A DNA stretch of 32,000 nt from Oscillospiraceae bacterium. Lineage in GTDB: Bacteria > Bacillota > Clostridia > Oscillospirales > Ruminococcaceae. This document shows, in pieces, positions 1 through 7,405 of this stretch; the stretch's first letter is position 1; each line of letters opens with the position of its first letter. Both the position numbers and the translations under genes were made by a program. Where the stretch lies: contig JAZQJI010000039.1 of the NCBI GenBank assembly GCA_045541475.1, positions 1 through 32,000 of the forward strand, given 5' to 3'. The notes under the pieces were generated by a model, which was given only the letters and a program-made list of their open reading frames with translations, was not told where the DNA came from and made no database searches.

Positions 1-859
1 CTATTACAGATGCAGTAAATTCAGGGTTTGAATCAAGCTTTAAGCTGTATTCAATAATATGGTTATTTGAAAGATTTTCACCTGTTTTTCCGCTTCTTAT
101 AACAAATCCGCCATGAGGAATACCTGAATGGTTTTTATCAAGTTCTTCTTGTGAAATGAAATTAACTGTTGTGTCGTAATCGGCAAAATAATTTGGCATT
201 GTTTTTATTTCATTTTCAATTCTATCTTTATCAGCACCATCTTCTATGACTACATAACATTCTCTTGTATGCTTTTGTCTTGTTGTAAGTTCAGGGTTTT
301 CGCCGTTTCTTACGCTGTCAAGTGCGCTTTCTACGGGTATTGTATATTGTCTTGCATCAATAACGCCGTCAATTCTGCGGATAGCATCGGAATGGCCCTG
401 GCTTACACCCTTACCCCAAAAAGTATAATCCTTACCATTGGGAAGAATACAATTTGAGTAAAGTCTGTTAAGTGAAAACATGCCGGGGTCCCAGCCGCAT
501 GAAATGATAGCAACTTTGCCTGATTTTGATGCAGTTTCATCAACAGCTGCATAATGCTGAGGGATTTTTGCGTGCGTATCAAAGCTATCAATAACATTAA
601 ACATTGAAGCAAATTTTGGTGTAAGCACGGGCAAATCAGTTGCACTGCCGCCGCAAATAATCATAACGTCGATTTTCTCCGTCATTTTTTCCGCATCATC
701 AATACTGTAAGCCTTAGCAGTATCAGTAGCAAGCTTTACTTGAGAAGGATCACGTCTTGTAAAAACGCCGACAAGCTCCATATCCTCGTTCTGACGGATT
801 GCAAGCTCAACTCCCCTGCCAAGATTACCATAACCCAAAATACCGATTTTGATTGTCAT
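1..859 (-). CDS. ddh: meso-diaminopimelate D-dehydrogenase (N-terminal ~286 aa; 3' end beyond the window edge)
   Basis: Absent from the ORF track because it is open at the window edge. Hand translation from ATG 859-857 gives MTIKIGILGYGNLGRGVELAIRQNEDMELVGVF..IISCGWDPGMFSLNRLY..FWGKGVSQGHSDAIRRIDGV..IPHGGFVIRSG..LKLDSNPEFTASV. This is collinear with the Corynebacterium glutamicum Ddh motifs as I remember them (GYGNLGR, GWDPGMFS, SQGHSDA, LKLDxNPxFTAS). A GGAG SD lies upstream (ggagatgatttggtATG). Confidence 0.9.
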   Translation of the reverse strand, partial: MTIKIGILGYGNLGRGVELAIRQNEDMELVGVFTRRDPSQVKLATDTAKAYSIDDAEKMTEKIDVMIICGGSATDLPVLTPKFASMFNVIDSFDTHAKIPQHYAAVDETASKSGKVAIISCGWDPGMFSLNRLYSNCILPNGKDYTFWGKGVSQGHSDAIRRIDGVIDARQYTIPVESALDSVRNGENPELTTRQKHTRECYVVIEDGADKDRIENEIKTMPNYFADYDTTVNFISQEELDKNHSGIPHGGFVIRSGKTGENLSNNHIIEYSLKLDSNPEFTASVI

Positions 860-876
860 ACCAAATCATCTCCATA

Positions 877-1518
877 TTAAATTTCGTTATTAGCTCTGTA
901 TGTAAGAGTTAACAAGCTATCGCCTAAGTGTACATTTTCCACAACAACATTTTCGTGATAATCAAGACGCAAATCGTAATGTGAAAAATTCCAAAATGCT
1001 CTTATTCCCGCAGAAACAAGACTATCTGCCAATGATTGCGCCGCTTGTTTGGGAATACACAAAACAGCAACAACAGGCTTATGCTCTTCGCAATATTTTT
1101 GAATATCATCTGCATGATACACAGGAACATCGCAAATTGTTTTGCCGCATATTTCGGGATCGATATCAAAAATTGCTTCCAAAGCGCAACCCCGCTGTTC
1201 AAAATACATATAGCGTGCAATTGCATTACCCAAATTACCCGCACCGATCAGAATGGTTTTCAGCTTTGAATCAACACCCAGAATAGCGCCGATTTTGGAG
1301 TGCAAAACAGCAACATTATAGCCATAACCCTGATGTCCAAAGCCGCCAAAGCAGTTTAAATCCTGCCTTATCTGCGATGCTGTCAAATCCATCATCTGTG
1401 CAAGACTTTTTGATGATATTCGTTCAATTCCGCTTGATTTAAGCTCGCCCAGAAAACGATAATATCTGGGCAAACGCTTAATTACGGATATAGAAATTTT
1501 TGTATTATCTTTTGACAT
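877..1518 (-). CDS. rex: redox-sensing transcriptional repressor Rex
   Basis: 213-aa ORF. It has an N-terminal winged-helix region (VIKRLPRYYRFL) and a Rossmann motif (GAGNLGNAI), both typical of Rex. The ATG lies 2 nt after the icd stop, suggesting translational coupling. Confidence 0.9.
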   Translation of the reverse strand: MSKDNTKISISVIKRLPRYYRFLGELKSSGIERISSKSLAQMMDLTASQIRQDLNCFGGFGHQGYGYNVAVLHSKIGAILGVDSKLKTILIGAGNLGNAIARYMYFEQRGCALEAIFDIDPEICGKTICDVPVYHADDIQKYCEEHKPVVAVLCIPKQAAQSLADSLVSAGIRAFWNFSHYDLRLDYHENVVVENVHLGDSLLTLTYRANNEI

Positions 1519-1520
1519 GA

Positions 1521-2738
1521 TTACTTTTCGAGAATTTCCGTAATCTTTGCTGCAATAGCATCAAGAAATTCATCGGTATAAACCGCCTTTTTATTTTCAA
1601 GATTAGAAAGAGAGAGCAAATCCTTTGTCATAACACCGCTTTCAAGAACAGCGATTGTAGCATCTTCAATAGCCTTACCGAAGTTTTCAAGTTCAGCGTT
1701 ATTATCAAGTTCGCCACGCTTTTTGATAGCCCCACTCCATGCAAAGATTGTTGCAACGGGGTTTGCTGTTGCTCTTTCACCTTCAAGGTGACGGTAGTAA
1801 TGACGTGTAACTGTACCGTGTGCAGCTTCATACTCATACTTTCCATCGGGAGATACAAGAACGCTTGTCATCATACCAAGGCTGCCGAATGCTTTTGCAG
1901 CCATATCGGACATAACGTCACCGTCATAGTTCTTGCAAGCCCAGATATATCCACCTTCGCTTCCGACTGTTCTTGCAACAGCATCATCAATAAGAGTGTA
2001 GAAATACACAATGCCTGCCTGCTCAAACTTATCTTTATATTCATTCTCAAAGATATCGTTGAAAATATCCTTAAATCTGTGATCGTATGTCTTGGAGATG
2101 GTATCCTTAGCGGCAAACCACAAATCCTGCTTAACATCAAGGGCATAGTTAAAGCATGTTCTTGCAAAGCTTTCAATACTTGCATCAATGTTATGAACAC
2201 CCTGGATAATACCTGATGAATTTGTAAACTCATGAATGAGCTTTCTTGTTTCGTTACCGTTTTCATCGGTTACAACAAGCTCAGCCTTGCAGCCCTTTTC
2301 AACGCTCATTTCGGTGTTTTTGTAGATATCACCGTATGCGTGTCTTGCAATTGTAATGGGCTTTTGCCATGTGGGAATGTAAGGTGTGATACCCTTAACG
2401 GTAATAGGTGTTCTGAAAACAGTTCCGTCCATGATTGCACGAATTGTACCGTTAGGAGATTTCCACATTTCCTTAAGGTTATACTCGGTCATTCTTGCCG
2501 CATTAGGTGTAATGGTTGCGCACTTTACAGCAACACCGTATTTCTTTGTAGCGTTTGCACTGTCAATAGTGATCTGGTCATTGGTTTCGTTTCTCTTGAC
2601 CAATCCAAGATCATAATACTCTGTTTTCAAATCAACAAAGGGAAGAATAAGGGTATCCTTAATCATCTTCCACATAACTCTGGTCATCTCGTCGCCGTCC
2701 ATCTCAACAATGGGCGTTGTCATTTTGATTTTTTCCAT
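1521..2738 (-). CDS. icd: NADP-dependent isocitrate dehydrogenase (type II, eukaryote-like homodimeric form)
   Basis: 405-aa ORF with IVEMDGDEMTRVMW, KCATITPN and a length typical of subfamily II IDH. A GGAGGA SD lies 7 nt upstream of ATG 2738. Confidence 0.95.
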   Translation of the reverse strand: MEKIKMTTPIVEMDGDEMTRVMWKMIKDTLILPFVDLKTEYYDLGLVKRNETNDQITIDSANATKKYGVAVKCATITPNAARMTEYNLKEMWKSPNGTIRAIMDGTVFRTPITVKGITPYIPTWQKPITIARHAYGDIYKNTEMSVEKGCKAELVVTDENGNETRKLIHEFTNSSGIIQGVHNIDASIESFARTCFNYALDVKQDLWFAAKDTISKTYDHRFKDIFNDIFENEYKDKFEQAGIVYFYTLIDDAVARTVGSEGGYIWACKNYDGDVMSDMAAKAFGSLGMMTSVLVSPDGKYEYEAAHGTVTRHYYRHLEGERATANPVATIFAWSGAIKKRGELDNNAELENFGKAIEDATIAVLESGVMTKDLLSLSNLENKKAVYTDEFLDAIAAKITEILEK

Positions 2739-2769
2739 TATTGCGTCCTCCGTAAAATTTATCGGTTAA

Positions 2770-4710
2770 TTACTTGTTAAGCTGATCTCTTGTGTAATCG
2801 AGCAAGCCGCCTGAAAGCATAATATCCTTTGTTCTGCCGGAAAGCTCGCACAAAACAGTAATATTTTCGCCCGTTGTCTTATTAACAAGAGTCAATTCCT
2901 GCTCGCCTGCAACAACTGCTTTTCTTACATCTGCAAGGCAAAGTTCATCGCCCTGGTTAATTTTATCGTAATCAGCTTCATTCTTGAAGGTAAGAGGCAA
3001 AATACCTGCGTTAATGAGATTTGCTCTGTGAATTCTTGCAAAGGATTTAACAAGAACAGCCTTAACGCCAAGATAAAGAGGTGCGAGCGCCGCATGCTCA
3101 CGAGAGGAGCCCTGACCGTAGTTGCTGCCGCCAACGATGATTGACTGTCCGAGCTCTTTTGCTCTTGTCGGGAACTGTTCATCACAAACGGTAAAGCAAT
3201 GCTGTGAAATTGCGGGGATATTCGAACGCAAGGGCAAAATCTTTGCGCCTGCGGGCATAATGTGGTCTGTTGTGATATTGTCACCTACCTTTAATGAGCA
3301 GGGTGCGTCGATTGTTTCAAGCAAGGGTGCTGTTTCGGGGAAGGGCTTGATGTTGGGTCCTCTGAGAATTTCAACATCCTTAGCTTCTGCTTCTGTTGCG
3401 GGCAGAGTAATCATGTTATCATTGATAAGGAATGTTTCGGGCAATTCAAACTCAGGCATATCGCCAATTGTTCTTGCATCGGTAAACACACCTGTAACCG
3501 CGCTGATAGCAGCTGTTTCGGGCGATACAAGGTAAACCTGACCATCCTTTGTTCCGCTTCTTCCAAGGAAGTTTCTATTGAAGGTACGAAGAGAAATACC
3601 GTTTGAATTGGGCGATTGTCCCATACCAATGCAGGGACCGCAAGCTGATTCAAGTATTCTTGCTCCTGCTGCGATAAGTATTGAAAGTGCGCCGTTTTCA
3701 GCAAGCATATTCAAAACCTGCTTTGAACCGGGAGCGATTGAAAGCGATACATCGGGGTGAACTGTCTTATCTTTAAGTATATGCGCTACTTTGAGCATAT
3801 CAAGCAAAGAAGAATTTGTGCAGGAACCGATACATACCTGGTCGATCTTCATGCCTGCAAGCTCAGATGCACTCTTGATATTATCGGGAGAATGAGGGCA
3901 AGCTGCCAAGGGCTCAAGCTCGGAAAGGTTGATGACAATTTCTTCATCATAAACTGCATCTTCATCTGCAGCAAGCTCAACATAAACATCTTCACGCTGC
4001 TGAGCCTTCAAGAACTGACGTGTAATTTCATCAGAAGGGAAGATTGATGTTGTTGCGCCAAGCTCAGCACCCATGTTGGTGATTGTTGCTCTTTCAGGAA
4101 CGGAAAGGGTTTTAACGCCCTCGCCGCAATATTCAATAACCTTGCCAACACCGCCCTTAACAGTCATTCTGCGCAAAACTTCAAGAATAACGTCCTTTGC
4201 GGCAACCCAGGGGCTAAGTTTGCCGATAAGCTCAACCTTAACAACCTTGGGGTATGTAATGTAATATGCGCCGCCGCCCATAGCTACGGCAACATCAAGA
4301 CCGCCTGCGCCCATTGCAAGCATACCGATACCGCCGCCTGTGGGTGTGTGGCTGTCAGAACCAATCAAAGTTTTGCCGGGTGCGCCAAATCTTTCAAGAT
4401 GCACCTGATGGCAGATACCGTTGCCGGGGCGTGAAAAATAAATGCCATGCTTTTTTGCAACGCTTCCGATAAAGCGATGGTCATCGGCATTTTCAAAGCC
4501 GTTCTGCAAGGTGTTGTGGTCTATATAAGCAACGGAACGCTCGGTTTTAACTCTCGGTACGCCCATTGCCTCAAATTCAAGATAAGCCATTGTTCCTGTT
4601 GCGTCCTGCGTTAAGGTTTGGTCTATACGCAAGCCAATTTCGCTGCCCTTTGTAAATTCACCATCTACAAGGTGAGCTTTAATAATCTTTTCAGTAAGTG
4701 TAAGTCCCAT
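2770..4710 (-). CDS. acn: aconitate hydratase (short ~640-aa clostridial type)
   Basis: 646-aa ORF with the Fe-S cluster ligand motifs IGSCTN and GPCIGMG, and GSSREHAA in the swivel domain. An AGGAG SD lies 8 nt upstream of the ATG. Confidence 0.95.
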   Translation of the reverse strand: MGLTLTEKIIKAHLVDGEFTKGSEIGLRIDQTLTQDATGTMAYLEFEAMGVPRVKTERSVAYIDHNTLQNGFENADDHRFIGSVAKKHGIYFSRPGNGICHQVHLERFGAPGKTLIGSDSHTPTGGGIGMLAMGAGGLDVAVAMGGGAYYITYPKVVKVELIGKLSPWVAAKDVILEVLRRMTVKGGVGKVIEYCGEGVKTLSVPERATITNMGAELGATTSIFPSDEITRQFLKAQQREDVYVELAADEDAVYDEEIVINLSELEPLAACPHSPDNIKSASELAGMKIDQVCIGSCTNSSLLDMLKVAHILKDKTVHPDVSLSIAPGSKQVLNMLAENGALSILIAAGARILESACGPCIGMGQSPNSNGISLRTFNRNFLGRSGTKDGQVYLVSPETAAISAVTGVFTDARTIGDMPEFELPETFLINDNMITLPATEAEAKDVEILRGPNIKPFPETAPLLETIDAPCSLKVGDNITTDHIMPAGAKILPLRSNIPAISQHCFTVCDEQFPTRAKELGQSIIVGGSNYGQGSSREHAALAPLYLGVKAVLVKSFARIHRANLINAGILPLTFKNEADYDKINQGDELCLADVRKAVVAGEQELTLVNKTTGENITVLCELSGRTKDIMLSGGLLDYTRDQLNK

Positions 4711-4749
4711 ATTTTTTCTCCTTTCGGCAACTTAAAAAATAACACAATA

Positions 4750-4778
4750 ATTATACAATAATAACGCCCCATTGTCAA
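4750..4778 (-). promoter_or_regulatory. sigma-70/SigA-type promoter for acn-icd-rex-ddh
   Basis: On the minus strand: TTGACA (4778-4773), an exact 17-nt spacer, then TATAAT (4755-4750). Both hexamers match the consensus. The promoter lies ~40 nt upstream of the acn ATG. Confidence 0.7.
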
Positions 4779-4796
4779 GATTTTAACAACAGGGCG
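4756..4796 (-). terminator. possible intrinsic terminator after the radical SAM gene
   Basis: Minus-strand RNA cgcccuguug (4796-4787) pairs with caauggggcg (4774-4765). That is 10 bp including 2 G-U pairs, with a 12-nt loop, followed by uuauuauug. It overlaps the acn promoter and Rex box, so the interpretation is ambiguous. Confidence 0.4.
4772..4789. promoter_or_regulatory. candidate Rex operator
   Basis: Plus-strand TTGTCAA-GATT-TTAACAA compared with the published clostridial Rex consensus TTGTTAA-N4-TTAACAA. The right half-site is perfect and the left has one mismatch. The site overlaps the -35 hexamer. Confidence 0.55.
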
Positions 4797-4805
4797 AAAA
4801 TATTT

Positions 4806-5405
4806 TTATGAATCATATTTGCGTATGCGTAAACTGATGCCAAGGTTTTGTGAAATTTCCTTACATTCATCAATTTGCTGTTGCGGAATTACGTCAACAA
4901 GAGAAAAAACAACCTGCGGAACGTAGTTTTTTACACTTGAAGCAAATTTTAAAATTGCATCAAAGCTTTGCAGACCAAATTTTGGGTGGCAGAGCTTTTC
5001 GTATTCAACCGCACTTGATGTATTAAGGCTTATTGAAACAATATCAAACATATCTGCAAACATTGCGGCGGTATCCTTATTATTGATAAGATCGGACAAG
5101 CCGTTTGTGTTAAGGCGGATTTTGGGAGAATTTACGCTTTTAAGATATTTGCAAACCTCAATCATATCTTCAAGACGTTCAGTCGGTTCACCAAATCCAC
5201 AGAAAACCACTTCTTCATACTTTTGCAAATCGGTTTGTTTAATCGCTTCAATGATTTCGCTTACAGAAGGCTCACGCTCAAGCCAAAGTGGTTCGGAGCC
5301 GTAAGCACCGTCGCCATTGTTGCGTATGCAAAATTCGCAGGCACACGGGCAGCGGTTTGTTATGTTAAGGTAAAGCTTGTTGCCAACCTCATAAGCAATT
5401 GTCAT
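4806..5405 (-). CDS. small radical SAM protein (resembles the TatD-associated radical SAM family)
   Basis: About 200 aa with an N-terminal CX3CX2C motif (NRCPCACEFC). Its size and sequence resemble what I recall as the TatD-family-associated rSAM (TIGR04038-like); this is not verified. The start is ambiguous (TTG 5411 or ATG 5405) and there is no strong SD. Confidence 0.75.
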   Translation of the reverse strand: MTIAYEVGNKLYLNITNRCPCACEFCIRNNGDGAYGSEPLWLEREPSVSEIIEAIKQTDLQKYEEVVFCGFGEPTERLEDMIEVCKYLKSVNSPKIRLNTNGLSDLINNKDTAAMFADMFDIVSISLNTSSAVEYEKLCHPKFGLQSFDAILKFASSVKNYVPQVVFSLVDVIPQQQIDECKEISQNLGISLRIRKYDS

Positions 5406-5430
5406 GCTCAAAATAAATCACACACTTTCT

Positions 5431-5464
5431 TCAAAATAAAACGGGCGCTAATATTCGCCCGTTT
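5431..5464 (-). terminator. intrinsic terminator after the 99-aa gene
   Basis: Stem aaacgggcg (5439-5447) pairs with cgcccguuu (5456-5464) around an 8-nt loop, followed on the minus strand by uauuuuga. It starts 5 nt after the stop codon at 5469. Confidence 0.7.
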
Positions 5465-5468
5465 TGAT

Positions 5469-5768
5469 TTATTGTTTTACAGTACGCTCAAGCCAAGCAT
5501 AAGCCAGATCAAGCGCTTCATAAAGACTTTCCTTATCGCTGGTTTTTTTAATAGCTTCAATCGGATTGAGCTTTTCATCAGTAGACATAAGATAAATCTT
5601 AATTTTAGTTGCAACATTTACATCATTAACGCGCTTTTGCTGCATAATCTGCATCATAACAATATATTCATCGGACATATTGCCGTAGTAGATTACATTA
5701 TTGCTGCGCACCAAGGGAAAGCCCTTGTATGAGAAAAAATCCTGTTTTACATTTGTCTGTTCACTCAT
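5469..5768 (-). CDS. hypothetical protein, 99 aa
   Basis: Clean ORF with ATG 5768 and a GGAGG SD 9 nt upstream (gaaggaggctttgacgaATG). It has its own predicted promoter and terminator. I recognise no family. Confidence 0.6.
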   Translation of the reverse strand: MSEQTNVKQDFFSYKGFPLVRSNNVIYYGNMSDEYIVMMQIMQQKRVNDVNVATKIKIYLMSTDEKLNPIEAIKKTSDKESLYEALDLAYAWLERTVKQ

Positions 5769-5810
5769 TCGTCAAAGCCTCCTTCACTCTTTATTTATAT
5801 CGCCATATAT

Positions 5811-5839
5811 ATTCTAACATATTTTACAAAACATTGCAA
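5811..5839 (-). promoter_or_regulatory. SigA-type promoter with extended -10 for the 99-aa gene
   Basis: Minus strand: TTGCAA (5839-5834), 17-nt spacer, then TGtTAGAAT (-10 hexamer at 5816-5811). Confidence 0.55.
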
Positions 5840-5917
5840 GTATTTTTTAAAATATTTTTGCAAAGGTAACAATCGGACATAAAATCGCAAAAATCTACAC
5901 ACTTGCAACGGTAATTT

Positions 5918-7405
5918 TTAGAATGTCAGAATTGCTTCTTCGCCGTTGAGAACACGTTCTATATTGCCAAGCAATGCATCAACGTATGAAATTGAGCAGA
6001 TAAAGCTGGGTGTACCATTGTGGACGATGATTGCATTTCTTCCGTCAGTTGAATAAAACTCAATAGTTTCATCAGAAATAACACCGTCATAATCATTTTG
6101 CAAACCAACCTGAATTTTGCAGATAAGTTCATTTTCATCTACTTCGCCGATATATATCGACTCGCCGGGGGTTTTAAGCAAAAACTGATAGAATGTACGG
6201 AACATTTCGGAATCATATTCCTCACCGTTAAGTGTTACCTCATAGCTTTCGCTGTCGCCGCTGCCTTCAAAACTAAGGTCGCCTACTTCAGATTCAACAG
6301 TCAATGTGCCAACGTCATATACATAAGTGCCAAGCACCATTGAAGATGCAATAGTCTGCGGTGTCATAGAAATCCACGGAGCGTTATCATCATTGAAAAG
6401 ATAAATTACATCAACGCCGTAAAGATATCCGTAACGGTATGTTATGCCATCAACTTCAACCTCATCACCCACAAGGAAAGAGATGATACCATCTTCTATT
6501 TCTGTGAAAACGCTGCAGTATGGATCATCAAATCCACATTCAGCAAGTTCATCAGTGGTGGGATAAATCTTGTAAATATCATTAGCCAAAAGCCCGAAAA
6601 TTCCGTGAGTATAATCAGAAGATATAGTTACATCAAGGTAAGCATTTACGGGTGATGTCATGATATGCGAAGCGGTGTTGCCGTGCATAATATCTTTATA
6701 ATCAGCCGTTTTATCATATTCAAAAACAATATCGTAATCAATATCCTGGCGGGATACCGTTACTTTATTGATTTTCGGGAAAACGCTTTTCTCGGGTTCT
6801 TCAAGAACGGTTTTTGAAATAAAGTGGAACAGCTTCTGTTTGCAATGCAAAACAGCAGTATTTTCTACTGTATAAACAGCATCAGAGCCGGCAAGTTTTA
6901 CATAGGTTGTACCTGCAACAGGTGTTTCGTTACCGATATAAACTGTAACTTCATCGCTGGCAGTTTTAAGGGTAACATAAGCTGCATTTTGCTCATCAAG
7001 ACCATATTCAGCAAGGTTTTCGGGTGTTTCTGTTACAAGGCTTGCTTGTGCACATGCAAGATTGTTCGGAATGGTGTAAAGATAACCCTCTTCCTGCAAA
7101 ATGTCGTCATATTCATCAATAACATAGTAAAACTCTTCAGTTTCGTTGCCTTCGGCATCGACCTTTGTGCGCGAATGTTGAGTAAACGCAAACTTTTCGT
7201 TACCATTAAACATTGTAACATCAGTAATATCAGCTGTTTCAAAGGTGTTGAGATATATTGTTTCTACATCGGATTGTGATACTGATGATGATTGAGAATC
7301 AGATGTTTCGGTATCATCACCGCCAACTGACAAAAATATAATTGCGCCGACAAGCACCGCAATAGCGATGCCTGCCGCGATAAAAAACTTTATGTTGCTG
7401 CTCAT
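5918..7405 (-). CDS. DUF4340-like membrane-anchored protein (fourth gene of the GldA/F/G-type ABC module)
   Basis: It has an N-terminal TM helix (FFIAAGIAIAVLVGAIIFLSV), a Ser/Asp-rich linker and a long beta-rich ectodomain. Its position directly after a GldG-like gene is typical for DUF4340. I chose ATG 7405, which gives an ATGA overlap with the upstream stop. The track's extension to 7453 lies inside the upstream gene. Confidence 0.7.
   Translation of the reverse strand: MSSNIKFFIAAGIAIAVLVGAIIFLSVGGDDTETSDSQSSSVSQSDVETIYLNTFETADITDVTMFNGNEKFAFTQHSRTKVDAEGNETEEFYYVIDEYDDILQEEGYLYTIPNNLACAQASLVTETPENLAEYGLDEQNAAYVTLKTASDEVTVYIGNETPVAGTTYVKLAGSDAVYTVENTAVLHCKQKLFHFISKTVLEEPEKSVFPKINKVTVSRQDIDYDIVFEYDKTADYKDIMHGNTASHIMTSPVNAYLDVTISSDYTHGIFGLLANDIYKIYPTTDELAECGFDDPYCSVFTEIEDGIISFLVGDEVEVDGITYRYGYLYGVDVIYLFNDDNAPWISMTPQTIASSMVLGTYVYDVGTLTVESEVGDLSFEGSGDSESYEVTLNGEEYDSEMFRTFYQFLLKTPGESIYIGEVDENELICKIQVGLQNDYDGVISDETIEFYSTDGRNAIIVHNGTPSFICSISYVDALLGNIERVLNGEEAILTF

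Noticed and set aside
5820-5917. Three copies of the self-complementary hexamer TTGCAA within about 80 bp downstream of the DUF4340 gene, considered as a possible repeat element or operator array.
   Set aside because: The flanks do not extend the pairing or the repeat. One copy is simply the -35 box of the 99-aa gene promoter. The spacing is irregular. This is consistent with chance in AT-rich intergenic DNA.
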